A stretch of 64,000 nt of DNA from Mobula hypostoma (taxonomy: Eukaryota), in NCBI RefSeq assembly GCF_963921235.1, contig NC_086097.1, positions 104,410,001-104,474,000 of the forward strand, written 5' to 3'. The first letter of the stretch is position 1. The number at the start of each line of letters is the position of its first letter. Of the stretch, positions 38,271 through 56,200 are shown one piece after another. The notes beneath the pieces were generated by a model. The model saw nothing but the letters and a program-made list of their open reading frames with translations. It did not search any database and was not told the DNA's origin. Position numbers and translations under genes: made by a program.

Positions 38271-41200
38271 AATGACAACCCCACCCCCACCCCACTGGCA
38301 CCTCATCACCAATGACCACCCCACCCCACCCCACCAGCACCCCACCTCACATCACCAATGACTACCCCACCCCACTGGCACCTCACATCACCAATGACCA
38401 CCCCACCCCACCCCACCAGCACCTCACATCACCAATGACCACCCCACCCCACCCCACCAGCACCCCACCTCACATCACCAATGACTACCCCACCCCACCC
38501 CACCTCACATCACCAATGACCACCCCACCCCACCCCACCAGCACCTGAGATCACCAGTGACCACCCCATCACACCTCACATCACCAATGACCACCCCACC
38601 CCACCAGCACCTCACATCACCAATGACCACCCCACCCCACCTCACATCACCGATGACCACCCCACCCCACCCCACCAGCACCTGAGATCACCAGTGACCA
38701 CCCCATCACACCTCACATCACCAATGACCACCCCACCCGACACCACCAGCACCTCACATCACCAATGACCACCCCACCCCACCTCACATCACCGATGACC
38801 ACCCCACCCCACACAACCACCACCTCACATCACCAATGACCACCCCACCCACCCCACTGGCACCTCACATCACCAATGACCACCCCACCCCACCCCAACC
38901 CACTGGGACCTCACATCACCAATGACCACCCCACCCCACCCCAACCCACTGGGACCTCACATCACCAATGACCACCCCACCTCACATCAGCAATGACCAC
39001 CCCACCCCACCCCACCAGCACCTCACATCACCAATGACCACCCCACCCCAACACACCAGCACCTCACATCACCAATGACCACCCCATCCCACCCCACCAG
39101 CACCCCACCAATGACCACCCCACCCACCCCACACCACTGGGACCTCATATCACCAATGACCACCCCAACCAACCCCACTGGCACCGCACATCACCAATGA
39201 CCACCCCACCGCCACCCCACTGGCACCTCACATCACCAATGACCACCCCACCCCACACCACTGGCACCTCACATCACCAATGACCACCCCACCCCACTGG
39301 CACCTAACATAACCAATGACCACCCCACCCCACCAACACCTCACATCACCAATGACCACCCCACCCCAGCTCACCTCACATCACCAATGACCACCACACC
39401 CCACCCCACCTGACATCACCAATTACCACCCCACCCCACCTGACATCACCAATGACCACCCCACCCCACCGGACATCACCAATAACCACCCCACCCCACC
39501 TGACATCACCAATTACCACCCCACCCCACCCCACTGCCACCTCACATCACCAATGACCACCCCACCCCACTGGTACTTCACATCACCAATGACCACCCCA
39601 CCCCACCAGCACCTCACATCACCAATGACCACCCCACCCCCACCCCACTGGCACCTCACATCACCAATGACCACCCCACCCCCACCCCACTGGCACCTAA
39701 CATAACCAATGACCACCCCACCCCACCAACACCTCACATCACCAATGACCACCCCACCGCACCCCACATCACCAATGATCATCCCACCCCCACCAACACC
39801 TCACATCACCAATGACCACCCCGCCCCACCACACATCACCAATGACCACCCCACCCCACCACACCTTACATCACCAATGATCACCTCACTCCACCCCACT
39901 GACACCTCACATCACCAATGACCACCTCACCCTACCCCACCTTACATCACCAATGACCACCTCACTCCACCCCACTGACACCTCACATCACCAATGACCA
40001 CCTCACCCTACCCCACTGGCACCTCACATCACCAATGACCACCTCACCCCACCCCACTGGCACCTCACATCACCAATGACCACCTCACCCTACCCCACTG
40101 GCACCTCACATCACCAATGACCACCTCACCCCACCCCACTGGCACCTCACATCACCAATGACCACCCCACCCCACCCCACTGGCACCTCACATCACCAAT
40201 GACCACCTGACCCCACCCCACTGGCACCTCACATCACCAATGACCACCCCACCCCACCCCACTGGCACCTCACATCACCAATGACCACCCCACCCCACCT
40301 CACATCACCGATGACCACCCCACCCCACACGACCACCACCTCACATCACCAATGACCACCCCATCACACCTCACATCACATCACCAATGACCACCCCACC
40401 CACCCCACTGGCACCTCACATCACCAATGACCACCCCACCCCACCCCAACCCACTGGGACCTCACATCACCAATGACCACCCCACCCCAGCCCACTGGCA
40501 CCTCACATCACCAATGACCACCCCACCCCACCCCAACCCACTGGGACCTCACATCACCAATGACCACCCCACCCCACCCCACCCCACCAGCACCTCACAT
40601 ACCCAGTGACCACCCCACCCCACCCCACCCCACCAGCACCTCACATACCCAATGACCACCCCACCCCACCCCACCCCACCAGCACCTCACATACCCAGTG
40701 ACCACCCCATCACACCTCACATCACCAATGACCACCGCACCCCACTGACACCTCACATTACCAATGACCACCCCACCCCACCCCACCAGCACCTCACATC
40801 ACCAATGACCACCCCACCCCAACACACCAGCACCTCACATCACTAATGACCACCACATCCCACTCCACCAGCACCTCACCAATGACCACCCCACCCCACC
40901 CCACCAGCACCTCACATCACCAATGACCACCCCACCCCAACACACCAGCACCTCACATCACTAATGACCACCACATCCCACTCCACCAGCACCTCACCAA
41001 TGACCACCCCACCCCACCCCACCAGCACCTCACATCACCAATGACCACCCCACCCCACCAACACCTCACATCACCAATGACCACCCCACCCCACCTCACA
41101 TCACATCACCAATGACCACCCTACCCCACCCCACCTCACATCACCAATGACCACCACACCCCACCCTACTGACATCACCAATTACCATCCCACCCCACAT

Positions 41201-44200
41201 CACCAATGACCACCCCACCCCACTGGCACCTCACATCACCAATGACCACCCCACCCCACCCCACTGCCACCTCACATCAACAATGACCACCACAGCCCCC
41301 CCACTGCCACCTCACATCACCAATGACCACCCCACCCCACTGGCACCTCACATCACCAATGACCACCCCACCCCACAACACTAGCACGTCACATCACCAA
41401 TGACCACCCCACCCCACCTCACATCACATCACCAATGACCACCCCACCCCCACACCACCTCACATCACTAATGACCACCCCACCCCACCCCACTGGCACC
41501 TCACATCACCAATGACCACCCAACCCCACCCCACCCCACTGGCACCTCACATCACCAATGACCACCACACCCCACCTCACACCACTGGCACCTCACATCA
41601 CCAATGACCACCCCACCCCACCTCACATCACCAATGACCACCCCACCCCACCGCACATCACCAATGACTACCACACCCCACCCCACCCCACCCCACCTCA
41701 CCTCACATCACCAATGACTACCACACCCCACCCCACCCCACCTCACCTCACATCACCAATGACCACCCCATCGGCACCTCACATCACCAATGACCACCCC
41801 GACCCACCCCACCCCACTGGCACCTCACATCACCAATGACCACCCCACCCCACCTCACATCACATCACCAATAATCACCCCACCCCACCTCACATCACAT
41901 CACCAATGACCACCCCACCTCACATCACTAATGACCACCACACCCCACCCCACATCACCAAAGACCACCCCTCCCCACCTCACCTCACATCACCAATGAC
42001 CACCCCACCCCACATCACCAATGACCACCCCACACCAACCCACCCCACCAGCACCTCACATTACCAATGACAACTCCACCGGCACCTCACATCACCAATG
42101 ATCACCCCACCCCACCCCACCCCACTATCACCTCACATCACCAATGATCACCCCAGCCCACCCCACACCACTGGCACCTCACATCACCAATGACCACCCC
42201 ACCCCACCCCACCAGCACCTCACATCACCAATGACCACCCCACCCCACCCCACATCACCAATGACCTCCATACTCCACCACACAGGCACCTCACATCACC
42301 AATGACAACCGCACCCCACCCCAACCCACTGGCACCTCACATCACCAATGACCACCCTACTGCCACCTCACATCACCAATGACCACCCCACCCCACCCCA
42401 CCGCACCCCACTGGCACCTCACATCACCAATGACCACCCCAACCCACCCCACCAGCACCTCACATCACTAATGACCACCCCACCCCACCCCACTGGCAAC
42501 TCACATCACCAATGACCACCCCACCCCAGCCCACTGGCACCTCACATCACCAATGACCACCCCACCCCACTGGCACCTCACATCACCAATGACCACCCCA
42601 CCCCACTGGCACCTGACATCACCAATGACCATCCCACCCCACCTCACATCACATCACCAATGACCACCCCACCCCACCTCAGATCACATCACCAATGATC
42701 ACCCCAACCCACCTCACATCACATCACCAATGACCACCCCATCACACCTCACATCACCAATGACCAGCCCACTCCACCTGACATCAGCAGTGACCACCCC
42801 ACCCCACATCACCAATGACCTCCATACCCCACCACACTGGCACCTTACATCACCAATGATCACCCCACCCCACTGCCACCTCACATCACCAATGACGACC
42901 CCACCCCACCTCACATATCATCACCAATGACCACCACACACCACCTCACATCACATCACCACTGATCACCCCACCCTACCTCACATCACATCACCAATGA
43001 CCACCCAATCCCACCCCACACCACCTCAGATCACCAATGACCACCCCACCCCACCCCACTGGAACCTCACATCACCAATGACCACCCCACCTCACATCAC
43101 ATCACCAATGACCACCCCACCCCACTTCACATCACCAATGACCACCCCATCACACCTCACATCACCAATGACCAGCCCACTCCACCTGACATCAGCAGTG
43201 ACCACCCCACCTCACATCACCAATGACAACCACACCCCACCTCACATCACCAATGACCACCCCAGCCCACCCCACCCCACTGGCACCTCACATCACCAAT
43301 GACCACCACACACCACCTCACATCACATCACCACTGATCACCCCACCCTACCTCACATCACATCACCAATGACCACCCAATCCCACCCCACACCACCTCA
43401 GATCACCAATGACCACCCCACCCCACCCCACTGGAACCTCACATCACCAATGACCACCCCACCTCACATCACATCACCAATGACCACCCCACCCCACCTC
43501 ACATCACCAATGACCACCCCATCACACCTCACATCACCAATGACCAGCCCACTCCACCTGACATCAGCAGTGACCACCCCACCTCACATCACCAATGACA
43601 ACCACACCCCACCTCACATCACCAATGACCACCCCAGCCCACCCCACCCCACTGGCACCTCACATCACCAATGACCACCGCACCCCACCCCACCCCACTG
43701 GCACCTCACATCACCAATGACCACCCCACCCCACCCCACCAGCACCGCACATCACCAATGACCATCCCACCCCACCTCACATCACATCACCAATGACTAC
43801 CCCACCCCACCTCACCTCAGATCACATCACCAATGACGACTCCACCCCACCCCACCAGCACCTCACATCACCAATGACCACCCCACCCCACCCCACCCCA
43901 CTGGCACCTCACATCACCAATGACCACCCCACCCCACCAGCACCGCACATCACCAATGACCATCCCACCCCACCTCACATCACATCACCAATGATCACCC
44001 CACCCCACCCCACTGGCACCTCACATCACCAATGACCACCCCACCCCACTGGCACATCACATCACCAATGACCACCCCACCCCACCTCACATCACATCAC
44101 CAATGATCACCCCACCCCACCCCACTGGCACCTCACATCACCAATGACCACCCCACCCCACTGTCACATCACATCACCAATGACCACCCCACCCCACCCC

Positions 44201-47200
44201 ACTGGCACCTCACATCACCAATGACCACCCAACCCCACGCCACCAGCACCTCACATCACCAATGACCATCCCACCCCACCTCACCTGACATCACCAATTA
44301 CCACCCCACTACACCCCACATCACCAATGATCACACCAAACCACCTCACATCACTTCACCAATGACCACCCCACCCCACTGGCACATCACATCACCAATG
44401 ACCACCACACCCCACCCCACAACACTAGCACCTCACATCACCAATGACCACCCCACCCCACCCCACCTTACATCACCAATTACCACCGCACCCCACCCCA
44501 CATCACCAATGACCACCCCACCCCACTGCCACCTCACATCACCAATGACGACCTCACCCCACTGGCACCTTACATCACCAATGACCACCCCACCCCACCA
44601 GCACCTCACATCACCAATGACCACCCCACCCCACCCCACTGGTACCTCACATCACCAATGACCACCCCACCCCACCCCACTGGTACCTCACATCACCAAT
44701 GACCACCCCACCCCACCTCACCTCACATCACCAATGACCACCCCACCCCCACCACACTGGCACCTCAGATCACCAATGACCACCCCACCCCACCAGCACC
44801 TCAAATCACCAATGACCACCCCACCCCACCCCACCCCCACCACACTGGCAACTCAGATCACCGATGACTACCCCACCCCACTGGCACCTCACATCACCAT
44901 TGACTACCTCACCCCACAGGCACCTCACATCACCAATGACCACCCCACCCCACCTCACCTCACATCACCAATGACCACCCCACCCCACCTCACCTCACAT
45001 TACCAATGACCACCCCACCCCACATCACCAATTTCCACCCCAACCCCACCACACTGGCACCTCACATCACCAATGACCACCCCATCACACCTCACATCAC
45101 CAATGACCACCACCCCCCACCCCACCTCACATCACCAATGACCACCACCCCCCACCCCACCCCACATTACCAATAACCACCACACCCCACCCCACCCTAC
45201 ATCACCAATGACCACACCACCCCATCTCACATCACCAATGACCACCCCACACCACCCCATCTCACATCACCAATGACCACCCCACCCCACCTCATCTCAC
45301 ATCACCAATGACCACCCCATCCCACCGGCACCTCACATCACCAATGACCACCCCACCCCACATCACCAATGACCACCCCCACCCCACCCCACCTCACATC
45401 ACCAATGACCACCCCCACCACACCCCACCTCACATCACCAATGACCACCACACCCCACCCCACCTCACATCACCAATGACCACCCCACCCCACCTCATAT
45501 CACCAATGACCACCACACCCCACCTCACATCACCAATGACCACCACACCCCACCTCACCTCACATCACCAATGACCACCACACCCCACCCCACCTCACAT
45601 CACCAATGACCACCACACCCCACCTCACCTGACATCACCAATGACCACCACCCCCCACCCCACCCCACATTACCAATAACCACCACACCCCACCCCACCT
45701 CACATCACCAATGACCACCCCACCCCACCTCATATCACCAATGACCACCACACCCCACCTCATATCACCAATGACCACCACACCCCACCTCACATCACCA
45801 ATGACCACCACACCCCACCCCACCTCACATCACCAATGACCACCACACCCCACCTCACATCACCAATGACCACCACACCCCACCTCACCTCATATCACCA
45901 ATGACCACCACACCCCACCTCACATCACCAATGACCACCCCACCCCACCTCATATCACCAATGACCACCACACCCCACCTCATATCACCAATGACCACCA
46001 CACCCCACCTCACATCACCAATGACCACCACACCCCACCCCACCTCACATCACCAATGACCACCACACCCCACCTCACATCACCAATGACCACCAAACCC
46101 CACCTCACCTCACATCACCAATGACCACCACACCCCACCCCACCTCACATCACCAATGACCACCACACCCCACCTCACATCACCAATGACCACCACACCC
46201 CACCCCACCTCATATCACCAATGACCACCACACCCCACCCCACCTCACATCACCAATGACCACCACACCCCACCCCACCTCACATCACCAATGACCACCC
46301 CACCCCACCTCACATTACCAACGACCACCCCACCCCACCTCACATCACCAATGACCACCACACCCCACCTCACATTACCAACGACCACCACACCCCACCC
46401 CACCTCACATCACCAATGACCACCACACCCCACCCCACCTCACATTACCAACGACCACCCCACCCCACCCCACCTGACATCACCAATGACCACCCCACCT
46501 CACATCACCAATGACCACCCCACCCCACCTCGCATCACCAATGACCACCCCATCCCACCGGCACCTCACATCACCAATGACCACCCCACCCCACCTCATC
46601 TCACATCACCAATGACCACCACACCCCACCTCACATTACCAACGACCACCCCACCCCACGGCACCTCACCAATGACCACCCCACCACACCTCACATCACC
46701 AATGACCAGCCCACTCCACCTGACATCACCAATGACCACCCCACCTCACATCACCAATGACCATCCCACCCCACCGGCACCTCACATCACCAATGACCAC
46801 CCCACCCCACCGGCATCTCACATCACCAATGACCACCCCACCCCACCTCATCTCACATCACCAATGACCACCCCACCCCACTCCACATCACCAATGACCA
46901 CCCCACCCCACCTCATCTCACATCACCAATGACCACCCCACCCCACCTCATCTCACATCACCAATGACCACCCCCACCCCACCCCACCTCACATCACCAA
47001 TGACCACCACACCCCACCTCACATTACCAACGACCACCCCACCCCACGGCACCTCACCAATGACCACCCCACCCCACCTCATATCACCAATGGCCAGCCC
47101 ACTCCACCTGACATCACCAATGACCACCCCACCTCACATCACCAATGACCACCCCACCCCACCTCGCATCACCAATGACCACCACACCCCACCCCACTAG

Positions 47201-50200
47201 AACCTCACATCATCAATGACCACCCCATCCCACCCCACTGCCACCTCACATCACCAATGCCATCCCACCCCACCCCACTAGCACCTCACATCACCAATGA
47301 CCACCCCACCCCACCGGCACCTCACATCACCAATGACCACCCCACCCCACCCCACTGGCACCTCACATCACCAATGACCACCCCACCCCACCTCACATCA
47401 CATCACCAATGACCACCCCACCCCACCCCACTAGCACCTCACATCACCAATGACCACCCCACCCCACTGGCACCTCACATCACCAATGACCACCCCACCC
47501 CACCTCACATCACATCACCAATGACCACCCCACCCCACCTCACATCACATCACCAATGACCACCCTACCCCACCTCACATCGCCAATGACCAGCCCACTC
47601 CACCTGACATCACCAATGACCACCCCACCCCACCCCACCTCGCATCACCAATGACCACACCCCAGCTCACCTCACATCACCAATGACCACCCTACCCCAC
47701 CCCACCTCACATCACCAATGACCACCACACCCCACCCTACTGACATCACCAATTACCATCCCACCTCACATCACCAATGACCACCCCACCCCACCCCACT
47801 GCCACCTCACATCAACAATGACCACCCCACCCCACCCCACTGCCACCTCACATCACCAATGACCACCCCACTGGCACCTCACATCAACAATGACCACCCC
47901 ACCCCACCCCACTGGCACCTCACATCAACAATGACCACCCCACCCCACTGGCACCTCACATCACCAATGACCACCCCACCCCACTGGCACCACACATCAC
48001 CAATGACCACCCACCCCACAACACTAGCACGTCACATCACCAATGACCACCCCACCCCACCTCACATCACATCACCAATGACCACCCCACCCCACCCCAC
48101 TGCCACCTCACATCAACAATGACCACCCCACCCCACCCCACTGGCACCTCAAATCACCAATGACCACCCCACCCCACCCCACTGCCTCCTCACATCAACA
48201 ATGACCACCCCACCCCACCTCACTGCCACCTCACATCACAAATGACCACCCCACCCCACTGGCACCTCACATCACCAATGACCACCCCACCCCACTGGCA
48301 CCACACATCACCAATGACCACCCCACCCCACAACACTAGCACCTCACATCACCAATGACCACCCCACGCCACCTCACATCACATCACCAATGACCACCCC
48401 ACGCCTCCTCACATCACATCACCAATGATCACCCCACGCCTCCTCACATCACATCACCAATGATCACCCCACCCCACCTCACATCACATCACCAATGACC
48501 ACCCCACCCCCACACCACCTCACATCACTAATGACCACCCCACCCCACCAGCACTTCACATCACCAATGACCACCCCACCCCACCTCACATCACATCACC
48601 AATGACCACCCCACCCCACCTCACATCACATCACCAATGACCACCCCACCCCACTGGCACATCACATCACCAATGACCACCCCACCCCACCTCACATCAC
48701 ATCACCAATGACCACCCCACCCCCACACCACCTCACATCACTAATGACCACCCCACTGGCACCTCACATCACCAATGACCACACCCCACCTCACTTCACC
48801 AATGACCACCCCACCCCACCTCACATCACATCACCAATGACCACCCCACCCCCACACCACCTCACATCACTAATGACCACCCCACCTCACACCACTGGCA
48901 CCTCACATCACCAATGACCACCCCATCGGCACCTCACATCACCAATGACCACCCCGACCCACCCCACCCCACTGGCACCTCACATCACCAATGATCACCC
49001 CACCCCACCCCACCAGCACCTCACATCCCCAATGACCACCCCACCCCACCTCACATCACATCACCAATAATCACCCCACCCCACCTCACATCACATCACC
49101 AATGACCACCCCACCTCACATCACTAATGACCACCACACCCCACCCCACATCACCAATGACCACCCCACCCCACCAGCACCTCACATCACCAATGACCAC
49201 CCCACCCCACCCCACATCACCAATGACCTCCATACCCCACCACACTGGCACCTCACATCACCAATCACATCCGCACCCCACCCCAACCCACTGGCACCTC
49301 ACATCACCAATGACAACCGCACCCCACCCCACCCCACCAGCACCGCACATCACCAATGACCATCCCACCCCACCTCACATCACATCACCAATGACTACCC
49401 CACCCCACCTCACCTCAGATCACATCACCAATGACGACTCCACCCCACCCCACCAGCACCTCACATCACCAATGACCACCCCACCCCACTGGCACATCAC
49501 ATCACCAATGACCACCCCACCTCACATCACCAATGACCACCCAACCCCACGCCACCAGCACCTCACATCACCAATGACCACCCCACCCCACCCCACTGGC
49601 ACCTCACATCACCAATGACCACCCAACCCCACCCCACATCACATCACCAATGACCACCCCACCCCACCCCACCTCAGATCACACCACCAATGATCACACC
49701 AACCCATCTCACATCACCAATGACCACCACACCCCACCCCACCTGACATCACCAATTACCACCCCACTACACCCCACATCACCAATGACCACCACACCCC
49801 ACCCCACCTGACATCACCAATTACCACCCCACTACACCCCACATCACCAATGATCACACCAACCCACCTCACATCACATCACCAATGACCACCACACCCC
49901 ACCCCACCTCACATCACCAATTACCACCGCACCCCACCCCACATCACCAATGACCACCCCACCCCACTGCCACCTCACATCACCAATGACGACCTCACCC
50001 CACTGGCACCTCACATCACCAATGACCACCCCACCCCACCAGCACCTCACATCACCAATGACCACCCCACCCCACCCCACTGGTACCTCACATCACCAAT
50101 GACCACCCCACCCCACCTCACCTCACATCACCAAAGAACACCCCACCCCACCTCACCTCACATCACCAATGACCACCCCACCCCCACCACACTGGCACCT

Positions 50201-53200
50201 CAGATCACCATTGACTACCTCACCCCACAGGCACCTCACATCACCAATGACCACCCCACCCCACCTCACCTCACATCACCAATGGCCACAGCACCCCACC
50301 TCACCTCACATTACCAATGACCACCCCACCCCACATCACCAATTTCCACCCCAACCCCACCACACTGGCACCTCACATCACCAATGACCACCCCATCACA
50401 CCTCACATCACCAATGACCAGCCCACCCCACCTCACATCACCAATGACCACCACCCCCCACCCCACCCCACATTACCAATAACCACCACACCCCACCCCA
50501 CCCTACATCACCAATGACCACACCACCCCATCTCACATCACCAATGACCACCCCACACCACCCCATCTCACATCACCAATGACCACCCCACCCCACCTCA
50601 TCTCACATCACCAATGACCACCCCCATCCCACCCCACCTCACATCACCAATGACCACCACACCCCACCTCACATTACCAACGACCACCCCACCCCACGGC
50701 ACCTCACCAATGACCACCCCACCCCACCTCATATCACCAATGACCAGCCCACTCCACCTGACATCACCAATGACCACCCCACCTCACATCACCAATGACC
50801 ACCCCACCCCACCTCGCATCACCAATGACCACCACACCCCACCTCATCTCACATCACCAATGACCACCCCACCCCACCTCATCTCACATCACCAATGACC
50901 ACCACACCCCACCTCACATTACCAACGACCACCCCACCCCACGGCACCTCACCAATGACCACCCCACCACACCTCACATCACCAATGACCAGCCCACTCC
51001 ACCTCACATCACCAATGACCACCCCACCCCACCCCACCTCACATCACCAATGACCACCCCACCCCACCTCATCTCACATCACCAATGACCACCCCACCCC
51101 ACCTCATCTCACATCACCAATGACCACCCCCACCCCACTCCACCTCACATCACCAATGACCACCCCATCCCACCGGCACCTCACATCACCAACGACCACC
51201 CCACCCCACGGCACCTCACCAATGACCACCCCACCACACCTCACATCACCAATGACCAGCCCACTCCACCTCACATCACCAATGACCACCCCACCCCACC
51301 GGCACCTCACATCACCAATGACCACCCCACCCCACCTCATCTCACATCACCAATGACCACCCCACCCCACCTCATCTCACATCACCAATGACCACCCCAC
51401 CCCACTCCACCTCACATCACCAATGACCACCCCACCCCACTCCACCTCATCTCACATCACCAATGACCACCCCCATCCCACCGGCACCTCACATCACCAA
51501 TGACCACCCCATCCCACCGGCACCTCACATCACCAATGACCACCCCACCCCACCTCATCTCACATCACCAATGACCACCACACCCCACCTCACATTACCA
51601 ACGACCACCCCACCCCACGGCACCTCACCAATGACCACCCCACCACACCTCACATCACCAATGACCAGCCCACTCCACCTGACATCACCAATGACCACCC
51701 CACCTCACATCACCAATGACCACCCCACCCCACCGGCACCTCACATCACCAATGACCACCCCACCCCACCGGCACCTCACATCACCAATGACCACCCCAC
51801 CCCACCTCATCTCACATCACCAATGACCACCCCACCCCACCTCATCTCACATCACCAATGACCACCCCACCCCACCTCATCTCACATCACCAATGACCAC
51901 CCCCACCCCACCCCACCTCACATCACCAATGACCACCACACCCCACCTCACATTACCAACGACCACCCCACCCCACGGCACCTCACCAATGACCACCCCA
52001 CCCCACTTCATATCACCAATGACCAGCCCACTCCACCTGACATCACCAATGACCACCCCACCTCACATCACCAATGACCACCACACCCCACCCCACTAGA
52101 ACCTCACATCATCAATGACCACCCCATCCCACCCCACCTCACATCACCAATGACCACCACACCCCACCGCACATCACCAATGACCACCACACCCCACCCC
52201 ACCCCACCTCACCTCACATCACCAATGACTACCACACCCCACCCCACCCCACCTCACCTCACATCACCAATGACCACCCCATCGGCACCTCACATCACCA
52301 ATGACCACCCCGACCCACCCCACCCCACTGGCACCTCACATCACCAATGATCACCCCACCCCACCTCAGATCACATCACCAATGATCACCCCAACCCACC
52401 TCACATCACATCACTAATGACCACCCCACCCCAACCGACCCCACGAGCACATCACATCACCAATGACCACCCCACCCCAACCGACCCCACGAGCACATCA
52501 CATCACCAATGACCACCCCACCCCACCCCACCTTGCATCACCAATGACCACCACACCCCAGCTCACCTGACATCACCAATGATCACCCCACCCCACCCCA
52601 CATCACCAATGACCTCCATACCCCACCACACTGGCACCTCACATCACCAATGACAACCGCACCCCACCCCAACCCACTGGCACCTCACATCACCAATGAC
52701 CACCCTACTGCCACCTCACATCACCAATGACCACCCCACCCCACCCCACTGGCACCTCACATCACCAATGAACACCCCACCCCACCCCACCCACACCTCA
52801 CATCACCAATGAACACCCCACCCCAACCGACCCCACGAGCACATCACATCACCAATGACCACCCCACCCCACCCCACCTTGCATCACCAATGACCACCCA
52901 ACCCCAGCTCACCTGACATCACCAATGACCACCCCACCCCACCTCACATCACCAATGACCACTGCACCCCGCCCCACATCACCAATGACCACCCCACCCC
53001 CACCTCACTGCCACCTCACATGACCAATGACGACCCCACCCCACTGCCACCTCACATGACCAATGACGACCCCACCCCACTGGCACCTCACATCACCAAT
53101 GACCACCCCACTCCACCCCACTGGCACATCACATCACCAATGACCACCCCACCCCACCTCACATCACCAATGACCACCCCAACCCCACCCCACTGGCACC

Positions 53201-56200
53201 TCACATCACCAATGACAACCGCACCCCACCCCAACCCACTGGCACCTCACATCACCAATGACCACCCTACTGCCACCTCACATCACCAATGACCACCCCA
53301 CCCCACCCCACTGGCACCTCACATCACCAATGACCACCCCAACCCCAGCCCACTGGCACCTCACATCACCAATGACCACCCCACCCCACTGGCACCTCAC
53401 ATCACCAATGACCATCCCACCCCACCTCAGATCACATCACCAATGATCACCCCAACCCACCTCACATCACATCACTAATGACCACCCCACCCCAACCGAC
53501 CCCACGAGCACATCACATCACCAATGACCACCCCACCCCACCCCACCTTGCATCACCAATGCCCACCACACCCCAGCTCACCTGACATCACCAATGACCA
53601 CCCCACCCCACCTGACATCACCAATGACCACCGCACCCCACCCCACATCACCAATGACCACCCCACCCCACTGCCACCTCACATGACCAATGACGACCCC
53701 ACCCCACTGGCACCTCACATCACCAATGACCATCCCACCCCACCTCACATATCATCACCAATGACCACCACACCCCACTCCACCCCACTGGCACATCACA
53801 TCACCAATGACCAGCCCACTCCACCTGACATCACATCACCAATGACCACCCCATCCCACCTCACATCACCAATGACCACCCCACCCCACCTCACATCACA
53901 TCACCAATGACCACCCCATCCCACCTCACATCACCAATGACCATCCCACCCCACCTCATCTCACCAATGACCATCCCACCCCACCTCACATCACATCACC
54001 TATGACCACCCCACCCCACCCCACTGGCACCTCACATCACCAGTGACCACCCCACCCCCACCCCACTGGCACCTAACATAACCAATGACCACCCCACCCC
54101 ACCAACACCTCACATCACCAATGACCACCCCACCGCACCACACATCACCAATGACCACCCCACCCCACATCACCAATGATCACCCCACCCCACCCCACCT
54201 TACATCACCAATGATCACCTCACTCCACCCGACTGACACCTCACATCACCAATGACCACCTCACCCTACCCCACTGGCACCTCACATCACCAATGACCAC
54301 CTCACCCCACGTCAGATCACATCACCAATGATCACCCCAACCCACCTCACATCACATCACTAATGACCACCCCACCCCAACCGACCCCACGAGCACATCA
54401 CATCACCAATGACCACCCCACCCCACCCCACCTTGCATCACCAATGCCCACCACACCCCAGCTCACCTGACATCACCAATGACCACCCCACCCCACCCCA
54501 CCTGACATCACCAATGACCACCCCACCCCACATCACCAATGACCTCCATACCCCACCACACTGGCACCTTACATCACCAATGATCACCCCACTCCACCCC
54601 ACTGACACCTCACATCACCAATGACCACCTCACCCCACCTCACATCACATCACCAATGACCACCCCACCCCACCTCACATCACATCACCAATGACCACCC
54701 CACCCCACCTCACATAACATCACCACTGACCACCACACACCACCTCACATCACATCACCAATGACCACCCCACCCCACTGCCACCTCACATGACCAATGA
54801 CCATCCCACCCCACCTCACATATCATCACCACTGACCACCACACACCACCTCACATCACATCACCAATGATGACCCCAACCCACCTCACATCACATCACC
54901 AATGACCACCCCACCCCACCCCACCCCACTGGCACCTCACATCACCAATGACGACCCCACCCCACTGGCACCTCACATCACCAATGACCACCCCCACCCC
55001 ACCCCACTGGCACCTCACATCACCAATGACCATCCCACCCCACCCCACATCACCAATGACCACCCCACCCCACCCCACTGGCACCTCACATCACCAATGA
55101 CCACCACACACCACCTCACATCACATCACCACTGATGACCCCAACCCACCTCACATCACATCACCAATGACCACCACACCCCACTCCACCCCACTGGCAC
55201 ATCACATCACCAATGACCACCCCACCCCACCCCACCTTGCATCCCCAATGACCACCACACCCCACCTCACATCACATCACCAATGACCACCCCACCCCAC
55301 CTCACATCACATCACCAATGACCACCACACCCCACCTCACATCACATCACCAATGACCACCCCACCCCACCAACACCTCACATCACCAATGACCACACCC
55401 CACCCCACCTCACATCACCAATGACCACACGCCACCCCACCAACACCTCACATCACCAATGACCACACCCCACCAACACCTCACATCACCAATGACCACC
55501 CCACCCCACAAACACCTCACATCACCAATGACCACACCCCACCCCACCCCACTGGCACCTCACATCACCAATGACCACCACACACCACCTCACATCACAT
55601 CACCACTGATGACCCCAACCCACCTCACATCACATCACCAATGACCACCCCCACCCCACCCCACTGGCACATCACATCACCAATGACCACCCCACCCCAC
55701 CTCACATCACCAGTGAACACCCCACCCCAGTGGCACCTCACATCACCAATGACCACCCCATCACACCTCACATCACCAATGAGCACCCCACCACACCCCA
55801 CTGGCACCTCACATCACCAATGACCACCCCACCCCACCCCACATCACCAATGACCACCCCACCCCCACCTCACTGGCACCTCACATCACCAATGACCACC
55901 CCACCCCACCAACACCTCTCATCACCAATGACCACCCCACCCCACCCCACCTCACATCACCAATGACCACCCCCACCCCACCCCACTGGCACCTCACATC
56001 ACCAATGACCATCCCACCCCACCCCACATCACCAATGACCACCCCACCCCCACCCCACTGGCACCTCACATCACCAGTGACCACACAACCCCACCAACAC
56101 CTCTCATCACCAATGACCACCCCACCCCACTCCACCTCACATCACCAACGACCACCCCCACCCCACCCCACTGGCACCTCACATCACCAATGACCATCCC